From positions 192,001 through 256,000 of the forward strand of contig CAVSGG010000008.1 in NCBI GenBank assembly GCA_963727455.1: a stretch of 64,000 nt of DNA, in the 5' to 3' direction. Numbering within the stretch: the stretch's first letter is position 1; every line of letters starts with the position of its first letter. Of this stretch, positions 43,034 through 53,013 are shown one piece after another. The DNA comes from Candidatus Krumholzibacteriota bacterium. Lineage in GTDB: Bacteria; Krumholzibacteriota; Krumholzibacteriia; JAJRXK01. Below the pieces are notes generated by a model. The model ran no database searches and had not been told where the DNA came from. It worked only from the letters and a program-made list of their open reading frames with translations. A program made the position numbers and the translations under genes.

Positions 43034-43248
43034 GGTCAAGACCCCCTCCCGGCCCAAGCCGTTTCCCTTGATGAACTTATGCGGGGGAATGGCGCTGATG
43101 TGACTCCGCTCGGCACAAATCGGACCTCTCTTGCCTGGAAGAAGATAGGAGTGTCTGGTAGCTTGCGCGACGGAGAACCCATGCCTTGAAACTCCATCCT
43201 CTCGAGGCAGCCCGTGCAAGAACGAGACTCGAGGTTCTTGCCGAGGCA

Positions 43249-44388
43249 ATGCTCACGGCCAAATCTGCGCATCCTGCTGTCCAACACCATCCGCTGTGGG
43301 CGGGCGCCGAACGTTTCGTGCTGGATGCCGCGGTGGGTCTCATGTCGCGCGGCCACGAAGTGACGGTCCAGAGCTATCCGGGCACCCCCCTGCTCCAGCG
43401 CGCCCGAGGAGCCGGCCTGTAGGTGATGGCCACGCGCGTGCGGGCCGACGCCGCGCCCTGGACGGTGATTCCCCTGGCCTGGCGTCTGCGTAGACAGCGC
43501 TTCGACCTGGTGTGGACGACTCGCGATAAGGATCTGCGCACGAGTGGACTGGCCGCCAAGTTGGCCGGCCGAGGGATCAAGGTGGTCCACAGCCGCGAAT
43601 GCGACGATCCCATCAAGCAGAGTCCTCAGTACCGCTGGTTCTTTCGCGCGGTAGCGGACCGCGTGGTGGTCAACAGCGAATCCACCGCACGGACCACATT
43701 GAATTCGGCGCCCTGGCTTTCGTCCGAACGCATGGATCTCCTGTACAAGGGAATCGACCTCGCTCCCCTGGGAACAGGCCGAGGCCGGCGACTGGCCACG
43801 GCGCTTCAGATTGAAAGAGGGCGAGGTCGTACTCGGCTACGCGGGCCAACTCGTGCCGCGCAAGCGGGTGGACGTGCTCATGCGGCTTCTCGCCAGCGAA
43901 TGCACTGTGCGAGAAACCCTGGCGGCTGGTGCTCGCGGGAAAGGGCCCCGCGGAAGAGACGCTGAGGAGCTTGGCGCGAGAGCTGAAGATCGAAGATCGC
44001 GTGTGCTTCTGCGGATTCGTGGATGCACTTCCGGCTTGGATGAAGGCCATCGATTTCCTGGTTCTGCCCTCCCTCATCGAGGGCTTCGGCTACGTCCTCA
44101 CCGAAGCCATGGCTGCCTCACGACCTGTCGCGGCCTACGGGGCCAGTAGCATCCCCGAGCTCGTTCGCGACGGCGTGTCCGGTCTCATCGCACCCGCGCG
44201 AGACGATGCCGCGCTGGCGCCGCTTCTCTGCGCGCATGATCGACGACCGGCAGCTGCGTCAGGAGATGGGCGCCAGGGGCCACGAGGAGGTGCGCACACG
44301 CTTCTCCCTTGATACCATGCTGGACACCATGGAGGAGATCCTGTGGCGCGCTCATGGGGGCGCTCAGCCCGAGGAGAATCAGGCATGA
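43249..44388 (+). CDS. GT4 glycosyltransferase, interrupted by frameshifts and an in-frame TAG at 43420
   Basis: WAGAE, GQLVPRK and LPSLIEGFGYVLTEAMA pieced together across ORFs. Confidence 0.72.
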
Positions 44389-45179
44389 GAGTGGGAATCG
44401 TTCAGAGCACTCCTGAGTTCGGAGAGATTCAGCGCAACTTGGACGAGGTCGAGCAGCTCATGGAATCCCACGAGGCAGAGCTCTGGGTGCTACCGGAACT
44501 CTTTGCCAGCGGATATCTGTTCTTGAATCGCAAGGAAGCCCGAGAGCTGGCCGAACCTTTGGGCGAAGGGCTGATCTCGAAGGCCATGCTGCGTTGGGCC
44601 AGGACTCACGACGCCGCCATCTGCGGCGGCATCGCCGAACGCGACGAGGACAAGATCTACAATTCCGCTCTGCTCGTGCACCCGGGAGGGACTCTGGCCT
44701 CCTACCGTAAGCTCCACCTCTTCCACGGCGAGAAGGACGTCTTCGATCTTTCGCACACCCCACCGCCCGTCGCGCAATGGAGAGAAGCGAAGCTGGGGAT
44801 CATGATCTGCTTCGACTGGCGCTTTCCCGAAACTGCGCGCAGTCTGGCCATCGACGGCGCCGATCTCATCCTGCATCCCAGCAATCTCGTACTGAGTTCG
44901 AGTCCGTCGGCCATGGTCACCCGCGCCCTGGAGAACGGAGTGTTCATCTTCACCGCCAATCGCGGCGGCGTGGATGATCGCGGCAGCAAGCGTCTGGAGT
45001 TCCTCTGCGGAAGCCAGGCCGTGGATCCAAAGGGAGAGATTCTGGGAAAGATCCCGCCGGGCGGAAAGGGCGTTCTCGTGGTGGACATCGATCCCGCCCT
45101 GGCGCGCGACAAGAGCGTGGCCGAGCGCAACGATCTGTTGGCCGACCGCAGGCCGGAGCACTATCACCTGAAGAGCTGA
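44385..45179 (+). CDS. Carbon-nitrogen hydrolase (nitrilase superfamily)
   Basis: E-K-C triad motifs LPEL, YRKLHLF and ICFDWRFPE. Confidence 0.9.
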   Translation: MRVGIVQSTPEFGEIQRNLDEVEQLMESHEAELWVLPELFASGYLFLNRKEARELAEPLGEGLISKAMLRWARTHDAAICGGIAERDEDKIYNSALLVHPGGTLASYRKLHLFHGEKDVFDLSHTPPPVAQWREAKLGIMICFDWRFPETARSLAIDGADLILHPSNLVLSSSPSAMVTRALENGVFIFTANRGGVDDRGSKRLEFLCGSQAVDPKGEILGKIPPGGKGVLVVDIDPALARDKSVAERNDLLADRRPEHYHLKS

Positions 45180-45205
45180 ATCGCGATTTCGGCCCTGACG
45201 CGCAG

Positions 45206-46360
45206 CTACTTCACCAACACTGCGCTTCCTGAGGAATGCTGCCCGCGCCCGTCGATCAAAATCACCCGATACACTCCGCTGGCCAGCGGAGCCCCCGAGT
45301 CCCCGGTGCCGTTCCAGGTGACTTCGTGCGGTCCCTGGTCGAGATAGCTCAACTCGAAGCGGCGAACCGTACGACCCGCGCTGTTGACGATGCGCAAGCT
45401 CGCCGGGCCGGAGCTGGCCAGCTCGAAGCGCAGGCGGGTGGAAGGATTGAAGGGATTCGGTACGTTCGAGAGCAAGCGCGTGCGCGCCAGAAGCGGCGCG
45501 CTGCCGGCATCGGTCGCGTCCCCGGGAAGCGGCGGCGATCCGGCCTCGATCCAGGCGGTATACCAGAAACTGGCGAGGGCCAGGCTGGCCTCGCTGATCC
45601 AGTCCATGGTGTCGCTGCCGATCTCCTGCCAGAGAGTATTGTAGTAGGTCGAACCCGAGGTGTTGCCTCCCGCCGCGTCGGTCGCCACCTGGTCGGCATC
45701 CAGAATCGCCTGCACACCGGGATACACCACGTCGATCCAGTCGAAGACCGCCTCGAGGGGGTTCGCAACCGCTGCCCCCGTTTGTGGTCCCGGAACGAGT
45801 TCACTCAGGTGATAGCCGGTCATGGTGCTCTCGAAGCGCGAGTGAATCCCGTACTGACCGCTGAGCTGTCCGTTGTAGTTCTTGGTGACGTGAAGCGGTT
45901 GGTGGCTGTCCGCGATGTAGTGGCCGAGATCGGCTGCGTCGGCCACGGCGCTGGTCCAGTCCTCCGCCTGAAAGTCCGTGACGAGCGCCTGATAGCTGGC
46001 CAGGATCGCCCAGGGGACGGTGCCGTTGTTGTCGACGCGTGATTGACCGTAGTTCGCGACCATCGTCGCGTAGTCGTGCGGAAGCGTTCCGCTGAAGAAC
46101 TCGGGATAATCGTCGATGTCGATATAGTGCTTGATCGACTCGCCCGAAGTATAGGATTTGCGCTCGTCCGCCGCGGTCGAGAGATTTTCCAAATCGTCCG
46201 CCCACTGCGCGAAGCCCTGAAAGCTGCTCGGCAGTTCCTCCGTCGCGGCGCGATTGATGAGTCGATGGACGCTCGAACCCCAGCCATAGGCCACGCCGGG
46301 CAGAGCAAGCAGGGCAGCGAGAGTGACGACGAGAATCCTACGGAAAACGGACGTGCTCAT
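45206..46360 (-). CDS. Secreted S1/P1 nuclease or zinc phospholipase C-fold enzyme with a FlgD-Ig-type C-terminal domain
   Basis: Signal peptide ending AYG|WGSSVH (W1/H6 zinc ligands), HYIADSHQPLH, IHSRFE, and CTD NVPNPFNPST...WNG...ASGVY. Confidence 0.82.
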   Translation of the reverse strand: MSTSVFRRILVVTLAALLALPGVAYGWGSSVHRLINRAATEELPSSFQGFAQWADDLENLSTAADERKSYTSGESIKHYIDIDDYPEFFSGTLPHDYATMVANYGQSRVDNNGTVPWAILASYQALVTDFQAEDWTSAVADAADLGHYIADSHQPLHVTKNYNGQLSGQYGIHSRFESTMTGYHLSELVPGPQTGAAVANPLEAVFDWIDVVYPGVQAILDADQVATDAAGGNTSGSTYYNTLWQEIGSDTMDWISEASLALASFWYTAWIEAGSPPLPGDATDAGSAPLLARTRLLSNVPNPFNPSTRLRFELASSGPASLRIVNSAGRTVRRFELSYLDQGPHEVTWNGTGDSGAPLASGVYRVILIDGRGQHSSGSAVLVK

Positions 46361-46511
46361 GCGGGAAGCCTCACGATCGAGCCAGGGGTGCCATGACTTG
46401 GATGGAAGTTTCAAGTTTAGCGCTCACGAGCGCAGAGTTCAAACCGAGACTCGGCTGATTCCATGGGGCAATATTGCCTACTCGGACTCTGCGAGGTTGT
46501 CGTCCCCAGCC

Positions 46512-47411
46512 TCAGTGGGGCAAATCTGCGACCGAAGAAATCCGGGGAGCCTCCTCGCGTACACGCGCGGCCCACTCCCCCAAGGTCACCATCTCGCGCC
46601 CCTGAAGAGCCCGTGCCAGCTTGGCGTAAAGGTCCTTCTTGCCGCCCTGGCTGCGCAGGTTCTGCCAGAATCCGAGGTCTACATCGGGTAGGAAGGCGTC
46701 CAGCTCCCAGGGATGGAAGTAGAACACCACCGGCTCCTTCTGAACTTTGCGTACCCAGCTTGCGGCCGCCCGCACCGCGCTCAGGGGAAAGAGCCGGAAG
46801 TAGCCGCCGCCGCTGAAGGGAAAGTTACGGCCGGGCAAGCGCAGAGTGGTCATGGGCAGAACGAGCAGCCCCTCGCCCCCGTTCTGCAGCACCAGGGGTT
46901 CGCGCGGACCCTTGGGATTGCCGTAGCGCGGATGACTGACTGGAAAGATGGAGGAGTCGACGCGAAAGCCCTCCTCGGCCAGGATCTCCAGCGCCCAGTA
47001 CACGCTTGGAACGATGGTGAAACTCGGCGCGCGGTAGAGGGTCACTTCCTGTCCCAGCGCCTCGCACAACGCGTCCCGGCCGCGCCTCGTGTCCTCGCGA
47101 AATTGCTCGGGTGTCATTTCGAACACGATGGGGTGGGCGTAGGAATGACAACCGATCTCGTGACCGCGTTCCGCTATCTTTCGCACCAGCTTCGGTTCGC
47201 GCTCGGCGAGCCAGCCCAGAACGAACCAGGTCGCGCGGATCGAGTGCTCATCGCAGAGATCCAAAAGTCGGGCAACGCCCTCCTCCGCGCGCCGCTGGCG
47301 TCCCTCCCAACTCGAAGCCTCCACTCTTGCCGCGTAATTGTGCGCGTGAAACCACTCCTCGACGTCGATGGTGAGGATGGAGGGCATCGTTTCGCCTTTG
47401 AGCGAACTCAT
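46512..47411 (-). CDS. Polysaccharide deacetylase, PEP-CTERM-locus type
   Basis: TIDVEEWF, ATWFVLG, GHEIGCHSYAH, YRAPSF, SGGGYFR and YFHPWE motifs. Confidence 0.88.
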   Translation of the reverse strand: MSSLKGETMPSILTIDVEEWFHAHNYAARVEASSWEGRQRRAEEGVARLLDLCDEHSIRATWFVLGWLAEREPKLVRKIAERGHEIGCHSYAHPIVFEMTPEQFREDTRRGRDALCEALGQEVTLYRAPSFTIVPSVYWALEILAEEGFRVDSSIFPVSHPRYGNPKGPREPLVLQNGGEGLLVLPMTTLRLPGRNFPFSGGGYFRLFPLSAVRAAASWVRKVQKEPVVFYFHPWELDAFLPDVDLGFWQNLRSQGGKKDLYAKLARALQGREMVTLGEWAARVREEAPRISSVADLPH

Positions 47412-48616
47412 CGCGTCGTACTCTCCGCTGCTTCCTTCAAAAGTCTCTCGAGATGATCGGCGGAACTCTCCCAAGAATGATACTCGCCGATCATACGGAG
47501 CGCGGCCTCTACTTGCGCCGTTCTCGCAGGAGAATCGTGCAAGAGACTCACCACAGCCGAGGCGAAATCCTTGGGATCATCCTCCACCATCACATGGGGG
47601 CCACGCGGAGCTCCAATCCCGCGCGTGGCGAGGGAAGTCGCGACCACCGGCACCGAAGCGGCCATGGCCTCCAGAACCTTGTTCTGGGTTCCCTGTGCGA
47701 TGCGCAGGGGCGCCACCGCCGCGCGCGCACCCCACAGAAAGGGTCGCACATCCTCCACCCGACCCGTGACCGTCACACCTTCTGCTGCGTCGAGCTGGGA
47801 AACTTCGGGCGTCGGCCGCGCCCCCACGATGAAAAACTGCGCCCCAGGTTCCTCACGCAAGACCAAGGGCCACACTCTCGAAACGAACCAGATCACCGCA
47901 TCCACGTTGGCCCGGTAGTCCATCATTCCCACGAAGACCACGCGTGGAGGAAACGCGAGCTTCTCGTCTTCCGGACGCGTGAAATACGCGCGGTCCACTC
48001 CATTGCTGAGCGCCTCCACTCTCAGCTCGGGCACGAGCTCGCGGAAGGCGGCTACCTCGACCGGATTGACGAAAAGATTGGTGTACGCCGCCCTGGCCAC
48101 ACCCAGCTCCCACTCCTTCAGAAGACGGTGTTCACGACCATAGATCCAAGCCTTGGGGCCCGAGCTGGCGGCGGCATACTGTGACCATTTGAGACTGTCG
48201 ACGTCGATGAAGTCCATCACTGCTGGAAGATTCTGTCGGCGAGCCAGGTCCAGCCAATAGGGCGCCATCGAGGAACAGAAAACGTAGGCGGCATCGAAAT
48301 GCACCTCGTTCTGCCAGGCTCGCAAGGTCCGCAAGAGTCGCGGGTGGTAATACCATGCCAAACTCAAGGCTTGCCGCGTGAGCAGAGACCCCGCGCTCTG
48401 AAGGAGGCGGCGCGCGCGCCCGATTCGCACCACCTCGTGCCGCTGGCAGAAGGAATCGAGAACCCCACGCGCATCCCGAGGAATCCTCTCGTCGCTCAAG
48501 CAAGCCAACCAGAGTTCGTGGCGGGCGCCCAGGCGTTTGAGCAGATGGTGACTGCGGATGCGGTCGCCTCGATCGGGCAAATGCGGAACGCGTTGCGTGA
48601 GGGCCAGAATGCGCAC
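47408..48616 (-). CDS. GT4 sugar transferase, PEP-CTERM/EpsH1-associated type
   Basis: P..PDRGDRIRSHH, DFIDVDSLKW.QYA, MDYRANVDA and QNKVLEAMA motifs. Confidence 0.85.
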   Translation of the reverse strand: MRILALTQRVPHLPDRGDRIRSHHLLKRLGARHELWLACLSDERIPRDARGVLDSFCQRHEVVRIGRARRLLQSAGSLLTRQALSLAWYYHPRLLRTLRAWQNEVHFDAAYVFCSSMAPYWLDLARRQNLPAVMDFIDVDSLKWSQYAAASSGPKAWIYGREHRLLKEWELGVARAAYTNLFVNPVEVAAFRELVPELRVEALSNGVDRAYFTRPEDEKLAFPPRVVFVGMMDYRANVDAVIWFVSRVWPLVLREEPGAQFFIVGARPTPEVSQLDAAEGVTVTGRVEDVRPFLWGARAAVAPLRIAQGTQNKVLEAMAASVPVVATSLATRGIGAPRGPHVMVEDDPKDFASAVVSLLHDSPARTAQVEAALRMIGEYHSWESSADHLERLLKEAAESTTR

Positions 48617-48630
48617 GCCTCGAACACTCC

Positions 48631-49668
48631 TCAGGGTAAAAAGCGCACGATGCGTTCGCTCATCCAGACGGAGAGCCCCACCGGGAGCTTCTTCCAGGCC
48701 TGGATGGCGAGGCGATAGCGTGGACTGTCCACGCGCGTGTCTGGAATCTCAGCCCCCGCAGCGAGCTGGTACGCCCAAGGCAGAGGCAGCTCCGTGGCGC
48801 CCCACTGCTTCTTGAAGCGGTGGGTCCCGGAGTCACGGGTACTGCGCCCAAAATCGAAGAGAGTACACCCCCGCGCGATCGCATCCTCCAGGATCTTCCA
48901 GTATAGAAACATGTTCGGAGCATGGCGGCGGTATTCGGTCAAGCTGGCCGCGAAGGGGATTTGCTGGCGGTCGCGGTCCTGCAGGGTGAAGCCCACCGCG
49001 ATGGGCAGGTCCTCGGGCGGCAGAGTGGCCAAGTGGATTGCTGCCTTGCCGGGAAAGTGCCGCAGCAGGGCCGCGAAGAATCTCTTGGGATAGCAGGGCG
49101 TGCCTAGGTCACGCAGATTGCGTGCGTAGATCGGGTAGAAATGTCGAGGAGTTCCTCGGCTCCCTTGCCGGTAGTCCATCTCGAGCTTCTGGCCCTTCCT
49201 CACCAGATTGCGGACCTTCGCCTTCAAGTTCCTTCCACAGAAGCTCGGGGTTCTGGGGCAGCGCGAGTTCGAGAGTCAATTTGTGCTCGGATCGTGGAAG
49301 CTCCGCCAGGGTCGGTCGGTCTGAGCTGACGAAGCTCCAGAGAATCCAGACCTTCCTCCCGCAAGAGCGTGGGCAGCTCGTTCAGACAGCGCGGCCGCCG
49401 CCGTTTCGTCCTCGTAGCATAATCCAGCATGGTCGCTCACCGGCAGGCTCACGGCAAAGCGCCCGAACAGCGGGCTCTTGACGAGGGCAAGGGAGAGACA
49501 GGCGCGCAGACCTGCATCGTCTGTGGCGGCCAGACGCAGGATCCGGTAACCGATACCCTCGGCAAGGCACTCGGAAAAACCCCAGCTCTGGTAGAGACAA
49601 CCTCTCCGCGCGACCAATTCGTCCCATCGTTGCGCATCATTCTTGATGGGCGCTACCCGCAGCCTCAT
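48631..49668 (-). CDS. FemAB-like GNAT protein, PEP-CTERM-locus type (frameshifts about 49230-49390)
   Basis: SPLFGRFAVSLP, KVRNLVRKG, RDLGTP and FDFGRST..SGT..FKKQWG motifs. Confidence 0.82.
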
Positions 49669-50791
49669 CGGTGCACCCGGTCCCCATCCAGGACGCGACG
49701 GTAGATTTCGAGATAGTTGTCGATCATCCCCTGTTGCGTGAAACGCATCTCCACTTCCAGACGCGCGGCCGCACCCATCCGGGTGCGAAGCCCGGCGTCA
49801 GTCAGCCGCAGGATTGCGCCAGCGAAGGCCGCGCTGTCGTCACTGGGAACCAAGTAACCCTGTACCCCGTCCTGTACCAGCTCCGGATTTCCCCCGACAG
49901 CAGTTGCCACCACGGGGAGGCTACACGCCATCGCCTCCAGCAGCGTCACCGAGGTCCCTTCGCTGAAGGAAGAGAGAGCGAAGATATCGAAGGCGCACAG
50001 CAAGTCGGGCACATCCGAGCGTTGACCCAGGAAGCGAACATGCTCTTTCAACTGCAGTTCGTCACACAGCGCTCTGAGCTCTTGCTCCAGCGGACCTCCC
50101 CCGACCAGAATCGCAACCCAATCCAGCCGAGGTTCTCTACGGGCGAGCTCGGCCAGAGAGCGCAGCAGCAACGCCTGGTTCTTCACCGGCATCAATCGCC
50201 CGGCGTGACCGATGACCAGAGTCTGCAGGAGAGAGACCCAGTTCCTCGCGCACCCGGCGCCGAATCGACTCGTCGCGTTCCAAACTGTGATGGTCTACGC
50301 CGTTGTAAACGACCTCGACCCGCTTGGCGGGCAGCATCTCGTTACGCAGCAGAGCATCGCGGATGCTCGCACTCACGGCAGTGATCGCCTTGGTGTTGCC
50401 GCAAAAGATAGCGATTGAAGAGAATTCGCCGCAGACGACGATGGTCGGGTTGATGACGCCCGTGTTCGGTGAAGATCACCGGGAGATGGGCCCGCGCGCC
50501 CGCCCAACCTCCGTAGAACCAGGGTGTGTACTGGTGGCAGTGCAACAGATCGGGACGCAACTGCTGGTAGACCCTCTTCAGGCGCCCGAGGATGGCCAGG
50601 TCAATACCGGGACGGCGGCGCACGCAATGCACTTCGATGTCGCTGGCCGCGACCCGCTCGCCGAGCGGGCCGATCTGGTCCAGGAGGGCCACCGAGTACT
50701 CCACACCCTCGGGGGCCTGCGAGATCATACGGGCGACGAGCATCTCGGCGCCTCCCACCCCCATCGTGTGCAGCACGTGACAGACCCGCAC
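49665..50791 (-). CDS. GT4 glycosyltransferase (frameshifts near 50370 and 50200)
   Basis: MGVGGAE, FTEHG, VYNGVD and SFSEGTSVTLLEAMA motifs. GGAGG RBS before GTG. Confidence 0.85.
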
Positions 50792-50845
50792 TTCTCATAC
50801 CTCCGGGGAAATGAAAGGAGGGTTCAACTCTCGAGTGCTCTTTCC

Positions 50846-50861
50846 AGCAAAGTCTGCGCCG
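50846..50861 (-). promoter_or_regulatory. Putative sigma54 (-24/-12) promoter of the EPS cassette
   Basis: Minus strand CGGCGCAGACTTTGCT (GG-N10-GC, TTGCT), about 55 bp before the start codon. Confidence 0.5.
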
Positions 50862-51036
50862 TTACCCTAGACGGGCCTGGGGGCAATGGGGCAAGAGCAG
50901 ATCTCTGGAGAGCCTGGGCTCATCTCCTGCTTCTCTTCCTGCCGCTATCCGGGCTAATTTCGCTCAGTCAGCGATTCGTACCCCGACTTCCGACGGGACG
51001 CGGGAAGCGCACTCCCTTCTCACAGAGGAACAGATC

Positions 51037-52915
51037 TTGGCAATTCGACAACTGAGCGAAGAACAGGTCCGCCGGATGAGCCTCGTGGAGAAGGACCAGT
51101 TGGTGGCTGCAAACGGTCTACAAGGGCGACATGCCCCAGTTGACCCTGCGGTCGGCGGTGACCGGAATGCTCCTGGGGAGCATTCTCAGCCTCACCAATC
51201 TCTACATAGGAATCCAGACTGGATGGACCTTGGGCGTGGGCATCACCTCGGTCATCGTCTCCTTCGCCGCCTTCAAGGTACTCTCGAAGCTGGGGCTCGG
51301 CCACGAGATGACGATTCTGGAGAACAACGCGATGCAGAGCATCGCCACGGCAGCGGGCTACATGACCGCACCATTGGTCACAAGTCTGGCCGCCTACATG
51401 GTCATCACCGGAAAACTCATCCCCATCAGGGTGACGATCGCGTGGATGATCACACTTTCCCTCATGGGTGTGCTCTTCGCATTTCCCTTGAAGCGGCGTT
51501 TCATCAACGACGAGCAGTATCCCTTCCCCGAGGGAAGAGCCTGCGGCATCGTCCTGGACGCTCTGCATAGCGAGAACGAGGCGGAAGGCCTGTTCAAAGC
51601 CAAACTGCTGTCCCTGGCGGCCGCCCTCTCCGCGCTGATCGAATTGATGAGAAGCGCGCGCTTCATGGAGCTGATTCGGCTCCCTGGATTGAAGCTGCCC
51701 GAGTACTGGGATGCGCTCGTATACCGCTATTTCACACCGGCCTTGGCGGGCACTCCGCTCAACGAACTTACCATTCGGCTCGAATCCTCGATCGTCATGG
51801 TGGCCACCGGGGGACTGATGGGAATCAGGGCCGGGCTCTCGCTCCTGCTCGGCGCAATCGTCAACTACTGCGTGCTGGCGCCCTGGGCCATCCAGCAGGG
51901 AATCATCGTGGAAACAGGCTTCCGGGGCATCCTCAAATGGGGCATGTGGGGCGGCGTGGCGATGATGACGACGGCCAGCCTCTTCTCCTTCTTCAGCCGG
52001 CCCGAGGTCATCGCCCAGGCCTTTCGGAAGGCATTCCGGCGACAGGGCGGCACCGGAGAGGATCCTCTGAGGAACATCGAGTTGCCGCTGAAAGTCTCGA
52101 TGGTGGGGATTCCCTTGGTCGGCGCAGTCGCAGTGTGGCTCGCCTCGAACTACTTCGGGGTCTCCGTCTGGCTGGGAATCCTCGCCGTTCCCCTGGTCTT
52201 CATCTTCGTAACCATCGCCGCCACTTCGGCCGGTCTCACTTCCATCACTCCGACCAGCGCTCTGGGCTACCTGACCCAGACCACCTTCAGCGTCCTGAGC
52301 CGGGGCAACATCACCACCAACGTCATGACCGCCGCGATTACCGCGGAGGTGGCGAGCAACACAAGCAATCTCCTCATGGACATCAAACCGGGCTACATGC
52401 TGGGCGGGAAACCGAGGCACCAGGCCATGGGGCACGTCTTGGGGATCTTTGCCGGGGCGGCGGTTGCCATCCCCGTCTTCTACGCCATGATCGGCCATGA
52501 TCCGGCGAATCTACTCACGGACAAGTTGCCGATGCCCGGCGCGCAGGCGTGGCGCGCCGTAGCCGAAGTCCTGACCAAAGGTCTCTCCTTCCTGCATCCC
52601 AGTGCCCGCATCGCGGTGATGGTAGGTGGAGCACTTGGCATCGTCTTTGAACTGTTGCGCAAGTTCACACGCAACCGCTTTCCCATCTCGGCGGTGGGTT
52701 TCGGGCTCGCATTCGTCATCACCTTTCACACCAGCCTCAGTATGGGGTTGGGCGCGATTCTCTTTTGGGTGCTGGGAAGGATCCTGCGGAAGCGGCCCGC
52801 GGGTCGCAGCTATCGTATTTGGATCGAGAACCAGGAGACCCTCTGCGCCGGTGCGATTGCCGGTGGCGCCATCATCGGCATTCTGGTCATCCTCCTGGAG
52901 GCCTCCTCCCGCTGA
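51037..52915 (+). CDS. OPT/YSL family oligopeptide transporter (frameshift near 51100)
   Basis: PQLTLR, ILENN.MQS, FPEG.A and LLMDIKPGYMLG motifs. Confidence 0.9.
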
Positions 52916-52952
52916 GATTCTAAGGAGCCAGAGGAGCATCCGAGCTGTGAAA

Positions 52953-52979
52953 GTGGCCGCGCCCGAAGGACGCGGCCAC
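52953..52979. terminator. Hairpin terminator between the convergent OPT and tricorn genes
   Basis: GTGGCCGCG-N9-CGCGGCCAC, followed by TTT on the minus strand. Confidence 0.6.
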
Positions 52980-53013
52980 CACGAAAAACCCCGAGAATAC
53001 GAGTTCGCGCGAA

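Noticed and set aside
43100-43118. CRP-like site TGTGA...GCACA
   Set aside because: The spacer is 9 nt rather than 6, so it is likely chance.
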